Below are positions 8,105-17,675 of a DNA stretch of 32,000 nucleotides, one piece after another (position 1 is the first letter of the stretch; every line of letters starts with the position of its first letter). The notes under the pieces are model-generated. The model searched no databases. It was not told the origin of the DNA and was given only the letters and a program-made list of their open reading frames with translations. The position numbers were made by a program, and so were the translations under genes. The stretch comes from an uncultured Erysipelotrichaceae bacterium. Lineage in GTDB: Bacteria; Bacillota_I; Bacilli_A; Erysipelotrichales; Erysipelotrichaceae. Where the stretch lies: assembly GCA_942492995.1 (NCBI GenBank), contig OW818653.1, positions 690,001-722,000 on the forward strand. Reading direction: 5' to 3'.

Positions 8105-8315
8105 ATAAAAAAAGCCTCCTAGATAAGGACGCTTTCACGTGGTACCACCTTAATTTGTATCGAAATACACACTCAACTGGATAACGGCAGCCCGTCTAAC
8201 CCTACTCTATTCAGGTCAGCTTCTCCTAGGTGTCAATTTATACCCTCAAATAGAACTTTCACCAAATCGTTCTTCTCTATAAAATGAAGCGTATAAACTT
8301 CCTATTCATTGAATT
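8105..8315 (-). promoter_or_regulatory. T-box riboswitch leader of the hisS-aspS operon
   Basis: Seen on the minus strand: an AGAGA bay; a distal loop with GGUGAAA; a 12-bp Stem I helix (UUUAUACGCUUCA/UGAGGGUAUAAA); a specifier loop UUGACA (GAC 8234-8232, overlapping CAC 8232-8230); F-box GCCGUUA; T-box AAGGUGGUACCACG (8152-8138); and a terminator AAGCGUCCU-UAUCU-AGGAGGCUU plus a U-run (8105-8134). Confidence 0.88.
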
Positions 8316-8321
8316 TATTAA

Positions 8322-8350
8322 ATCTTATCACAAAACATTCTACAGAACAA
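8322..8350 (-). promoter_or_regulatory. Candidate promoter of the hisS T-box leader
   Basis: On the minus strand: TTGTTC (8350-8345), a 17-nt spacer ending in TGa, then TAAGAT (8327-8322). It lies directly after the relA stop. Confidence 0.5.
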
Positions 8351-10552
8351 CTATGTTTGTGAACGATGAACTTCAAAAACATTCTCAATTTTCTTAAGAT
8401 TCGCAATCACAGTTTGAAGATGGCTCGCATCACTTACGACAACACTTAAATATGTAGAAGCGGTTATTTTATCTTCATTTACAGTCGAATTAACTGCCAC
8501 AATTCCAGCTTTACATTGGCTTATTATTGTCACAATATCTGAAATCAAGAATGAACGATCTTGTGCAAGTATATAAAGTTTAACTTCATATTTACCTTCT
8601 TTACGATCCTCATCCCATTCTACTGTAATTAATCGTTTAGTCTCATATTTTACATTTATACAATCTGTACGATGTACTTTAACCCCTTGTCCTTTGGTAA
8701 TAAACCCGACTATTGGATCTCCGGGAACAGGTGAACAACATCCTGCTAAACTAATCATCATAGAATCAACACCAGAAACACGAATACCTGATTTAGAGAT
8801 TGTTTTCTTTGCTTGAGAACTCTTAAACATTCTTTCCAAGCTAAAATTATCTAAAATACCACGTTTTTGTTGAATGTTTAACTTTTCAAAAATCGCAGGT
8901 AATGCAAGTGATTTAACCGCAATCGCATAATAGAAATCATTCACATTATTAATCGCAAAATTCTGAAAAATACTTTCTAAGCGTTTACTTCCAATAAGTT
9001 CTTTATCATCAATTTCACGACGTTTACATTCTTCTCTAAATAGATGTTCACCTTTCTCAATTGTTTCAGATCGATCATCCATTTCTTTCTTCTGCAAGAA
9101 ATTACGAATCTTCGATTTCGCATGAGCTGTTTTAACAATCTTCAACCAATCTTCTGAAGGACCATTTGATTGTTTAGAGGTACGAATACTTACAACATCA
9201 CCTGTTTTTAACGGTGTATTTAAAGGGACTAGTACATTATTAACAATCGCCCCAACGGTAGAGTGACCAATTTCAGTATGGATACGATAGGCAAAATCTA
9301 AAGGTGTAGCACCATTCGGTAAATCAATAACTCTTCCCTTTGGCGACATAACATAAACATTAGCCTCAAATACATCATGCGTAAGAATATCCATGTATTC
9401 ATCCGCATCTTTACTTTCTTGAGTTAAGTTACCGAAGTCTTTAAACCACGATAAACGCTCTTCAATCTCTTTTTGAGCTCTTTCTTGATTGTATTTATTT
9501 CCTTCTTTATAACGCCAATGCGCCGCAACCCCTTTTTCCGCAATCGCATCCATCTCTTCAGTACGTATTTGTACTTCATAGATACTACCTTCTTCACCAA
9601 CAATTGTTGTATGTAACGATTGATACATATTCATCTTAGGCATTGCGATATAATCTTTTAAACGTCCAGGAATTGGACGATATTTAGCATGTATATATCC
9701 CAATACTTCGTAACAACTCACATCATCCATCGTGACAATACGAATCGCATGAAGATCTAGGATTTCATCAAAACGTTTATTTTTAGTCGTCATTTTTTTA
9801 TAAATACTATACAAATGTTTAGAACGACCAAAAATTCTGAATTTAAGACCATTTTTGGTTAATAACTCAGTCATATCTTTAATCATTGTCACAACTTGTC
9901 GATCACGTTCTGCTTTACGTGTTTCAACTAAATGTGCAATTTCATAATATTTATCAGGATATAAATAATAGAAGCTTAAATCTTCTAATTCATTTTTAAT
10001 TTCACTAATCCCTAAACGATGAGCAATTGGTGCATATACATCCAGTGTTTCAGCCGCAATCTTCTTTTGTTTAAGTTCAGGCATAAACTGTAATGTACGC
10101 ATGTTATGTAAACGGTCAACTAATTTAATGAGAATTACACGAATGTCTTTCGCCATCGCAATGAAAATCTTACGATGATTAACCGCCATGTACTCTTTTT
10201 CATCTTTGAATTCAATATTACCAATCTTAGTAACACTTTCGACTAGGACGGTTATTTCTTCATCAAACTCACGCACCATTTCATCTCTTGGCACAGCACA
10301 ATCTTCAATCACATCATGTAGTAACCCTGCCGCAATCGCTTTAGGACCAAGTTTTAAATCCGCTAGGATATATGCAACATTCAATAAATGGATAATGTAT
10401 GGTTCTCCACTCTTACGAAATTGTGTTTTATGTTTTTCTTCTGCATACTTAAAAGCCTTAAATATTAAATCTAAGGATTCTTGATCTGGATAATATGTTT
10501 TTACCAAATCGAGTATTGCTTGTATCGTAATTTCTTGATTTTTTCCTTGCAT
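8351..10552 (-). CDS. relA: Bifunctional (p)ppGpp synthetase/hydrolase Rel (RelA/SpoT homolog), 733 aa
   Basis: Shows the HD hydrolase motif (HLLNVAYILADL..LHDVIED), a synthetase domain (YRPIPGRLKDYIAMPKMNMYQSLHTT), and TGS and ACT-like C-terminal domains. apt-relA synteny. Confidence 0.93.
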   Translation of the reverse strand: MQGKNQEITIQAILDLVKTYYPDQESLDLIFKAFKYAEEKHKTQFRKSGEPYIIHLLNVAYILADLKLGPKAIAAGLLHDVIEDCAVPRDEMVREFDEEITVLVESVTKIGNIEFKDEKEYMAVNHRKIFIAMAKDIRVILIKLVDRLHNMRTLQFMPELKQKKIAAETLDVYAPIAHRLGISEIKNELEDLSFYYLYPDKYYEIAHLVETRKAERDRQVVTMIKDMTELLTKNGLKFRIFGRSKHLYSIYKKMTTKNKRFDEILDLHAIRIVTMDDVSCYEVLGYIHAKYRPIPGRLKDYIAMPKMNMYQSLHTTIVGEEGSIYEVQIRTEEMDAIAEKGVAAHWRYKEGNKYNQERAQKEIEERLSWFKDFGNLTQESKDADEYMDILTHDVFEANVYVMSPKGRVIDLPNGATPLDFAYRIHTEIGHSTVGAIVNNVLVPLNTPLKTGDVVSIRTSKQSNGPSEDWLKIVKTAHAKSKIRNFLQKKEMDDRSETIEKGEHLFREECKRREIDDKELIGSKRLESIFQNFAINNVNDFYYAIAVKSLALPAIFEKLNIQQKRGILDNFSLERMFKSSQAKKTISKSGIRVSGVDSMMISLAGCCSPVPGDPIVGFITKGQGVKVHRTDCINVKYETKRLITVEWDEDRKEGKYEVKLYILAQDRSFLISDIVTIISQCKAGIVAVNSTVNEDKITASTYLSVVVSDASHLQTVIANLKKIENVFEVHRSQT

Positions 10553-10566
10553 ATATTTCTTCTTTT

Positions 10567-10590
10567 AAAAATCGAAGACAAGTCTTCGAT
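10567..10590 (-). terminator. Hairpin plus short U-tract between apt and relA (terminator or attenuator-like)
   Basis: The minus-strand RNA reads AUCGAAGA-CUUG-UCUUCGAU followed by UUUU. It begins in the apt stop codon, and its U-tract ends 14 nt before the relA ATG. Confidence 0.55.
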
Positions 10591-11105
10591 TAATCATAAT
10601 TTACAAGTGTGAATATAGGGTAATTCTTTAGAACATCACGACCTTTTAAAGCGTTAAGTTCAATTAAGAATGCACAACCAACGACGTCTCCACCAAGTTG
10701 TTCAACTAAGCGAATGGTTGCCTCTACCGTTCCACCAGTAGCTAATAAGTCATCGACAATTAATACTCTTTGACCTTTTTTAATACTGTCTTTATGCACG
10801 TGTAATTCATTTTTACCATATTCTAATGCGTAACTAAAACTCACAGTTTCTCTTGGTAATTTACCTGGCTTACGAACTGGGACAAATCCAATATTCAATT
10901 CAAACGCAACAGGACAACCAAAAATAAAACCACGAGATTCAGGGCCTACGATGATTTCCGCATTAACTTCACGAGCAAATTGAACAATTTCTTGTGTTGC
11001 TTGATGAAATGCTTCACCATCCCCCATCAATGGAGTAATATCTCTAAATAGAATCCCTTCAATCGGAAAATCTTGTATATCTGCTATAAATTTTTTATAA
11101 TCCAT
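10590..11105 (-). CDS. apt: Adenine phosphoribosyltransferase
   Basis: 171 aa with the PRPP-binding motif [21 protein letters not shown] upstream. Confidence 0.93.
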   Translation of the reverse strand: MDYKKFIADIQDFPIEGILFRDITPLMGDGEAFHQATQEIVQFAREVNAEIIVGPESRGFIFGCPVAFELNIGFVPVRKPGKLPRETVSFSYALEYGKNELHVHKDSIKKGQRVLIVDDLLATGGTVEATIRLVEQLGGDVVGCAFLIELNALKGRDVLKNYPIFTLVNYD

Positions 11106-11127
11106 AACTATCTCCTATAACAGGTTT

Positions 11128-11155
11128 ATTATAACAAAATATACTCAAATTACAA
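11128..11155 (-). promoter_or_regulatory. Candidate promoter of apt(-relA)
   Basis: On the minus strand: TTGTAA (11155-11150), a 16-nt spacer ending in TGt, then TATAAT (11133-11128). Confidence 0.55.
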
Positions 11156-11177
11156 GAAAGTCTCAATTCTACACGTC

Positions 11178-12725
11178 TTATTCAAAGCTTTCAATTAATA
11201 TTTTAAGTTTAGTTTGATTTCTAAAATTATCGACTGAAACTCGTCCAATTAGGCTGTTAAAATTCGAGCGAATAAGTCTTTCATCAAGTGTACTTTGGAA
11301 ATAGACGGCACTTACAGTTCGATTGAATAAGGATAAATCAAAACTAATTCCTCCTCGTATAATTCGATTCGATACGATATTTATTTGGTTAAATCGAAAT
11401 GATGGTATTTCGAAACCTTGACCAAATGGTCTGAATTTATATAACTCGACAAATGACTCTATATTAAACCAATCTTCTTCCATCTCTATGTCATTTGAAA
11501 CAACTTCATGACGATTTAAGACTTCACTGTTCGCAAACATTCTTTGTTTGAATGTTTCTATATTACTTAGATCAAGTTCTAAACCAGCTGCTTGTGCATG
11601 ACCACCAAAGCGATTAAGTAAATCACTTGCAGGTTCTACGAGTTCTTTAAGATTTATTGCGCCATATGAACGTGCACTGCCCTTTAAGCGATTACCCTCT
11701 TGATTAAGTACAAATACAGGTCGTTTTAATTCATTCGCTAATCTTCCTGCTGTAATTCCGACAATACCTTCATGAAACATTGGATCATAGAGCACTAATA
11801 CAGGTTCATCTGTAATTAATTCAAGTGCACGAATATACATTTTTTGATTAATTTCTTTACGTAACTCATTGATGCGTATTATTTCTTTAGAGAATATATC
11901 AATAGATTGATGATCTTCTGAGCATAGATACTCTACTACTTTATTCACATTGATCTTATCAGCTAATCGTCCAATCGCATTCAACTTAGGTACTAATTGA
12001 AACGCAAGGTCTGTTTCTGTAATGTTTTCATTTGAATTCAACAAACTCATAAAAACTTGTCTCTGGTTCGTGTTTATTTCTTTCAATCCTCTGATAACTA
12101 AACTACGATTAAAGCCCCACAAAGGCATTAAATCAGCGATTGTAGCGATTCCAGCTAAACTTACAAGGAACGAATCATATCCAATTAAACGTTCGGCAAG
12201 ATTATACGCCAATCCACTACCACACATATCCTTATAATGATCATCTAATAGATTTGGATGAACTAAACAATCACATACAACTTCACCTTCATAACTATGA
12301 TGATCAAGAATAAGTGCTTGTGCTTTACCTTCTTTTATTTTGTTTAAAGAACTTGTGGCACTAACACCATTATCAACTAAAATGAAAAGCTCATACCCTT
12401 TTTTAAGTGCTAAATCAACCGTATTATCATTTAATCCATATCCCTCAGAAAAACGATTTGGAATATAATATCCAACATTCGCATTCAATTTTTTTAACAT
12501 ATAATACAAAATAGATGTCGAACAAATACCATCCGCATCATAATCACCACATACAATAATTTTTTTATTCAGTTTAATCGCATCTAAAACAATCGTCTCA
12601 GCTTGAACAAATAATCTATGATCAGAAATCTTAAATTCTATTGGATTATTTAATTGTTCAATTTGATTTTCATCCAATTTATTGAAATCTATTACTCTGC
12701 TTATCAGTGAATTTTCATTTAACAT
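11178..12725 (-). CDS. recJ: Single-stranded-DNA-specific exonuclease RecJ (short form, 515 aa)
   Basis: DHH motifs (IIVCGDYDADGICS, ILVDNG, LDHH) and DHHA1 (FGGHAQAAG). Synteny secDF-recJ-apt. Confidence 0.88.
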   Translation of the reverse strand: MLNENSLISRVIDFNKLDENQIEQLNNPIEFKISDHRLFVQAETIVLDAIKLNKKIIVCGDYDADGICSTSILYYMLKKLNANVGYYIPNRFSEGYGLNDNTVDLALKKGYELFILVDNGVSATSSLNKIKEGKAQALILDHHSYEGEVVCDCLVHPNLLDDHYKDMCGSGLAYNLAERLIGYDSFLVSLAGIATIADLMPLWGFNRSLVIRGLKEINTNQRQVFMSLLNSNENITETDLAFQLVPKLNAIGRLADKINVNKVVEYLCSEDHQSIDIFSKEIIRINELRKEINQKMYIRALELITDEPVLVLYDPMFHEGIVGITAGRLANELKRPVFVLNQEGNRLKGSARSYGAINLKELVEPASDLLNRFGGHAQAAGLELDLSNIETFKQRMFANSEVLNRHEVVSNDIEMEEDWFNIESFVELYKFRPFGQGFEIPSFRFNQINIVSNRIIRGGISFDLSLFNRTVSAVYFQSTLDERLIRSNFNSLIGRVSVDNFRNQTKLKILIESFE

Positions 12726-12731
12726 ACGTTA

Positions 12732-12740
12732 AGTTTAGCA
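12732..12740 (-). promoter_or_regulatory. Extended -10 box 6 nt upstream of the recJ ATG (possible leaderless start)
   Basis: The minus strand reads TGcTAAACT-taacgt-ATG. No SD is present, and the box directly follows the secDF terminator U-tract. Confidence 0.4.
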
Positions 12741-12767
12741 TAAAAAAAAGAGTAGTTTCCTACTCTT
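12741..12767 (-). terminator. Intrinsic terminator after secDF
   Basis: The minus-strand RNA reads AAGAGUAG-GAAA-CUACUCUU followed by eight U. The stem overlaps the secDF stop codon. Confidence 0.8.
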
Positions 12768-15045
12768 AATCATTAATTCCTAAAATTACCATTTCTTCAG
12801 GTTCATTCTTGTTCTTCTTAGCTTTAACCTTAACCGCTTTTGGTTTGCGATTAATTCTTACCCAATACCAGAATTGAGCCGCAATGAAGATTGATGAATA
12901 TGCACCAGCAATTAATCCAATTAACATCGCAAAATTAAAGTTAAAGATTGCTTGTGAACCTAAACTAATTAAGAACACGATTGGAATAAGTGTTGTGATT
13001 GTGTTGTATAAAGAACGTTGAACAGTTGCTTGTAGAGATTCGTTAACAATCTTACGATATGCCGCATTTGATATATGATTTGAACCAAACGCATTAACAT
13101 TCTCACGAATTCTATCAAAGATAACAATGGAGTCATCGACAGAATAACCAATGATTGCTAATAACACCGCAATTAATTCAATGTTAAATTCTAATCTAAA
13201 TACCGCAAACACCGCAAATACGATGAATACGTCATGGACAAGCGCTAAAATTGTAGAGAATGCATAGTCAAATTCGAATCTAATAGTAATAAACAATAGA
13301 ATGAATACCCAAGCTAATAACGAAAGAATTATCGCATTACGAATTAATTCATTTCCAACAACTGGAGTAACAACACTATCATTCATTTCTAATCCGTACT
13401 TGCTAACCATAGTTGATCCGATTGTATCAATTTCGGTACGATCTAAAATCTCACCTGTTGTAACATACGCAACTTTATCACCCGATAACTGTACTTTAAA
13501 TTCAGATAAACCTAATTCATTTAAATCATTAATTAATACTTCTTCAACGATTGGTTCAACTGAATTAATTGTTAATTTAGAACCTGAAGTAAAGTCGATA
13601 CCTAAGTTTAGGAAGCCATTACCTTGTGCAAAATTGATAATTCCAAAGATTAAACCAATTGTTAGAATAGAGATACTTCCAAAGATAAATCCTTTTGAAA
13701 TTTTAATAAAGTCAATTCCAACAAACAAGCCAAAGTAACGTTGTTCTTCGCCTTTGTTTACATCTGGAACATCTTTTTCTTTTACACCAAAATAAGATTT
13801 TTTATTATCAAACTTACCCGATTTAACAAGTAAACCTAATAAGAATTTAACAAAGAATACATTTAACATTAATGTTGAGAAAATTGTGACCATTAACATT
13901 GTCGCAAATCCCTTAACAGCACCCGTACCATATAGATACATCAAGAATGCCGCAATAAATGTTGTAAATTGTGAATCGAAGATTGTACGCCAAGCTAAAT
14001 GGTGACCTTCGTCAAATGAAGTTCTTAATGTTCGACCCATTAACAATTCATCTTTAATACGTTCGAATGTAATAACGTTCGCATCGACCGTCATACCAAC
14101 CCCAAGGACTAATGCCGCAATACCAGGAAGTGTAAATACACCACCCATTGAGTTATAAATTAACATTGTCACAAAGACATAAAGAAGTAACATGATTGCG
14201 GATACAATACCAGGTAAACGATATATAAGTATCATAAATAACGCTACACCAAGAATACCTAGTAACCCAGCAAATACAGTTACTGAGAATGCATTTAAAC
14301 CAAATTCTGCACTTACTACGTTAGAATAAATTTCATTCATTTTAACCGGTAATGAACCAGAATTAATTAAGTTTGCTAATTGACGTGCTTCTTCATCTGT
14401 AAATGATCCTTTAATGACCGCATCGCCATTAATTCCTCCATTTACATTCGCAGCTGAGATATATTTAGGACTATCCTTCGCAACTTCAGCTTTATATGAG
14501 TCAACACCTTCTTCAAAGTCTAACCATGTCACGATAATGTTATTACCAGCAGACATTTCGGACACATTTGTTGTTAATTCAAAAAACTTGTCAGTGTCAT
14601 TAATCTTTAGACTAACAACGACAAATCCATTTTCATACGCAAGTGATGCCCCACCTTCAGTTAAAATATCAGCTCCAGCTAATAAGTTATCATTAACATC
14701 TCTAAAAGTTAGATTGGCTGTTGTTGATATAATCTTACGCGCTTCTACTTGATCCTTAACCCCAGCTAATTGAATACGAATACGATTATCACCTTCAATT
14801 GAGATTTCAGGTTCATTAACACCTAAAACGTCAATACGTTTACTAATACTTTGTGTAATAGCACCCATATCAGGTAAAGCAGCCCCATCTTTTAATGGGC
14901 TAACTTCGTATACGATTTCAAAACCACCTTGTAAATCAAGGCCAAGTGTCATTCCATTCTGAATATTTGGATAAAAGCCGATAACTGTCGCCAATAATAC
15001 GAGAACGGTTAACCCAAATATAATTAATCGACTATTTTTTTTCAT
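12766..15045 (-). CDS. secDF: Protein translocase subunit SecDF (fused), 759 aa
   Basis: Two blocks of six TM segments with a large first periplasmic loop. SecD/SecF motifs include GLDLQGG and LGVNEPEI. Confidence 0.92.
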   Translation of the reverse strand: MKKNSRLIIFGLTVLVLLATVIGFYPNIQNGMTLGLDLQGGFEIVYEVSPLKDGAALPDMGAITQSISKRIDVLGVNEPEISIEGDNRIRIQLAGVKDQVEARKIISTTANLTFRDVNDNLLAGADILTEGGASLAYENGFVVVSLKINDTDKFFELTTNVSEMSAGNNIIVTWLDFEEGVDSYKAEVAKDSPKYISAANVNGGINGDAVIKGSFTDEEARQLANLINSGSLPVKMNEIYSNVVSAEFGLNAFSVTVFAGLLGILGVALFMILIYRLPGIVSAIMLLLYVFVTMLIYNSMGGVFTLPGIAALVLGVGMTVDANVITFERIKDELLMGRTLRTSFDEGHHLAWRTIFDSQFTTFIAAFLMYLYGTGAVKGFATMLMVTIFSTLMLNVFFVKFLLGLLVKSGKFDNKKSYFGVKEKDVPDVNKGEEQRYFGLFVGIDFIKISKGFIFGSISILTIGLIFGIINFAQGNGFLNLGIDFTSGSKLTINSVEPIVEEVLINDLNELGLSEFKVQLSGDKVAYVTTGEILDRTEIDTIGSTMVSKYGLEMNDSVVTPVVGNELIRNAIILSLLAWVFILLFITIRFEFDYAFSTILALVHDVFIVFAVFAVFRLEFNIELIAVLLAIIGYSVDDSIVIFDRIRENVNAFGSNHISNAAYRKIVNESLQATVQRSLYNTITTLIPIVFLISLGSQAIFNFNFAMLIGLIAGAYSSIFIAAQFWYWVRINRKPKAVKVKAKKNKNEPEEMVILGIND

Positions 15046-15329
15046 TCATTCCCTCCAACCATATAAGCAAAATCTGCTAATGATTTCTTTCTACCATCAA
15101 TTACAGCCTTCTTGGCTAAAAACGCTACTATCTCATCTTCATTACATGACATGATATCTTCGATAATATCATGGAGTTTGGTTGGCATTCCTGCTTTCCA
15201 TTTGATTGCTACAAGCGTTTGTTTAAATTGCTCGTAACTAAGATTTGGTAAACTATTCTTTTGAATCATACCAAGTTTTAATGCAATTGTTAATTCTATT
15301 TGTTCACTCATTAAAAAAAAGTCGTTCAT
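15042..15329 (-). CDS. Small post-transcriptional-regulator-like protein (ComN/YrzD-like), 95 aa
   Basis: A small soluble protein whose stop overlaps the secDF start (ATGA). B. subtilis has comN (yrzD) in the equivalent position beside secDF. No strong motif was recognised by eye. GGTGA RBS. Confidence 0.45.
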   Translation of the reverse strand: MNDFFLMSEQIELTIALKLGMIQKNSLPNLSYEQFKQTLVAIKWKAGMPTKLHDIIEDIMSCNEDEIVAFLAKKAVIDGRKKSLADFAYMVGGNE

Positions 15330-15381
15330 TGTTTCACCACACTGCTGTATTATTATAAAACATTATAACCACTAATTAAAG

Positions 15382-16686
15382 TTAATCTTTTAGAGAGTTA
15401 ACGTAGGACTTAAATAATTGTCCTCTTTGTTCATAATTCTCAAATTGATCATAGCTTGCACACGCTGGTGACAAGACAATTTTATCTTTACGAGTTGCTA
15501 ATGAATTAGCTAATTTTACAGCTTCTTTCATATCATTTACGAGTATTGTATTCGGGAATAATTCTTTAAATTGATCACGCGTTGCTCCAAACGCAATCAA
15601 TGTTTTTACTTTAGATAAATACGGTCTTAATACTTCAAATCCTGTTTTCTTATCATAACCACCTGCTAATAGTATTACTGGTTGATCAAACGCTTGTAAT
15701 GCCGCAACCGTAGACTCTGCAGTTGTTGCTTTTGAATCATTATAGTAATCTACATCATTTAATGTATCAACATACTCTAAACGATGCTCTACTCCTCTAA
15801 ACTCTTCCACAATTAATTTAATATCTTCAACTTGTACACCCATTAGGTAAGCCATACTCGCCGCAACCATCGCATTGCTAATATTATGTTTTCCAGGAAC
15901 TTTCAGTTTTGTATGATTGAATAATTCAACTTCTTTGAAATAGACATAATCACCTAATATATGAATATCCGCATTCTTCTCAACACTTAAACTATATACA
16001 TTTGCTTTTACGTCTTGCGTCAATCTTACGATATTCTCATCATCAATATTTCTTATGAAAACATCACTTTCATTTTGATTCATATAGACTCTACATTTAG
16101 CTTGATAATATTCTTCTGGGTTGCTAAATACATCGAGATGATCTGGTGCTAAATTTAGAATAGTACTAATCTTAGGTTTGAATGTATCACATCCAATAAG
16201 TTGAAACGCAGCTATCTCAAGTGCACAATCAAGTTGCACATTACCATTTTGATAAACAACTTCACTCATTGCTAAACCAATATTTCCACATGCAACATTT
16301 CTAGTATCTTTACACTTTAACATTTCAGCTAATAATGAGGTTGTTGTAGTTTTACCATTCGTTCCAGTAATTGCGCCAATTTGATAATTTGGTGCGTAAC
16401 GTAATGCAATTTCTATCTCGTTGTAGATAAAGTAACCCTGTTTCACAAAACCCATCACAAACTCATTTGTATGTGGAATGCCTGGATTCTTTACAATTAA
16501 ATCAAAATGTTCATCCCATAACGATAATGGATGTTCACCTTCAATAATTCGAATAGAGTGATTAAGATTAAATTGTGATTGATCTACTTTTTTTTGATCA
16601 ATTAATGTGCATTCATATCCTTCTTTACACAATAATTTCGTAATAGCAATGCCACTTCTTGCTGCCCCAATAATTAATGCTTTCAT
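15382..16686 (-). CDS. murD: UDP-N-acetylmuramoylalanine--D-glutamate ligase
   Basis: 434 aa with the Mur ligase P-loop GITGTNGKTTT and an N-terminal Rossmann GAARSG. Overlaps the mraY stop by 4 nt. Confidence 0.92.
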   Translation of the reverse strand: MKALIIGAARSGIAITKLLCKEGYECTLIDQKKVDQSQFNLNHSIRIIEGEHPLSLWDEHFDLIVKNPGIPHTNEFVMGFVKQGYFIYNEIEIALRYAPNYQIGAITGTNGKTTTTSLLAEMLKCKDTRNVACGNIGLAMSEVVYQNGNVQLDCALEIAAFQLIGCDTFKPKISTILNLAPDHLDVFSNPEEYYQAKCRVYMNQNESDVFIRNIDDENIVRLTQDVKANVYSLSVEKNADIHILGDYVYFKEVELFNHTKLKVPGKHNISNAMVAASMAYLMGVQVEDIKLIVEEFRGVEHRLEYVDTLNDVDYYNDSKATTAESTVAALQAFDQPVILLAGGYDKKTGFEVLRPYLSKVKTLIAFGATRDQFKELFPNTILVNDMKEAVKLANSLATRKDKIVLSPACASYDQFENYEQRGQLFKSYVNSLKD

Positions 16687-17642
16687 AGATTAACTCCTAA
16701 CCATAAACCAACGATCATAGCGATTAAACCTAATCCCCAGAAGAAATAAACAACATTCGTTTCCTTCCAACCAGATAAGGTATAACTGTAATGAATTGGT
16801 GTATATTTGAACACTCTACGTTTAAATAATTTTACAGACCCAATTTGAATAATGACACAAAGTGTTTCATAGATGAATACTGCCATAATAAACACAAAAC
16901 TAAATTCTTGTTTAAGGACTAACGCAATCGCAGCTAATACAGCTCCAAGTGCTAATGCGCCTGTATCACCCATAAAGATTTTCGCTGGATGTTTATTGAA
17001 CCATAAATATCCAATTAGTGATGAAATAAGAGCGATTATAAATCCAAATAAATATATTTCATTTTGTAAATACGCAAATATCGCAAAAGGTATTAGTGCA
17101 ATTAAACTTGTTCCGCCTGCTAAACCGTCCATTCCATCCGTAAGATTAACCGCATTACTTGAACCAGTAAATATAAATAATACAAACACAGCGTATAAAC
17201 CATTTAGATTAACTGAAATATTAATAAATGGGATTGAGATTGCGGAAGATAATTCTTGTCTAAAAATTAAGTAAAAGATGATAGCTAAGACGAGTTGCAT
17301 AAAAAACTTAACCCTAGCACTTAATCCCTTATTATTTCGTTCTAAGATAATTTTATAATCATCAATAAACCCAATTAATCCGTACGCAAGATACACAAGT
17401 AAAACTAACATGATACGTGTATCAGATATACTTGAAGGATATATTACTAATAGACTAATAACAGGAATCACAACAAATAAAACACCGCCTAAACTCGGTG
17501 TTTTCGCTTTTGATTTAAAACTATCTAAAGAATACTCACTAACGATTTGTTGGTGTTGTCTTTTGTTTAAATAATTGATGAATAATGGGTATAGTACAAG
17601 ACTTAACCCAAGGCTTAATAGTGATACGAATAATACTTGCAT
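16683..17642 (-). CDS. mraY: Phospho-N-acetylmuramoyl-pentapeptide transferase
   Basis: Polytopic membrane protein with MraY motifs (NAVNLTDGMDGLA, MGDTGALALG). Start moved to the ATG at 17642 (MQVLFVSLL), which has AGAGGGTG upstream. Confidence 0.9.
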   Translation of the reverse strand: MQVLFVSLLSLGLSLVLYPLFINYLNKRQHQQIVSEYSLDSFKSKAKTPSLGGVLFVVIPVISLLVIYPSSISDTRIMLVLLVYLAYGLIGFIDDYKIILERNNKGLSARVKFFMQLVLAIIFYLIFRQELSSAISIPFINISVNLNGLYAVFVLFIFTGSSNAVNLTDGMDGLAGGTSLIALIPFAIFAYLQNEIYLFGFIIALISSLIGYLWFNKHPAKIFMGDTGALALGAVLAAIALVLKQEFSFVFIMAVFIYETLCVIIQIGSVKLFKRRVFKYTPIHYSYTLSGWKETNVVYFFWGLGLIAMIVGLWLGVNL

Positions 17643-17675
17643 AAAACACCCTCTAACGACAAACATTATAGCATA

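Noticed and set aside
8088-8138. N-terminal extensions in the ORF track for hisS (to 8138), pheS (to 28810), parE (to 2573), mraZ (to 21519), mraY (to 17666), the PBP gene (to 19844), yceD (to 22328), aspS (to 6820) and the hydrolase (to 23331)
   Set aside because: The extensions run into T-box terminators, or start at GTG/TTG/ATG codons without an SD. In each case a downstream start has a good SD and gives the conserved N-terminus.
12969-13151. 60-aa same-strand ORF inside secDF, and a 90-aa ORF at 30826-31098 inside ileS
   Set aside because: These are out-of-frame ORFs embedded in conserved genes, with no start signals.
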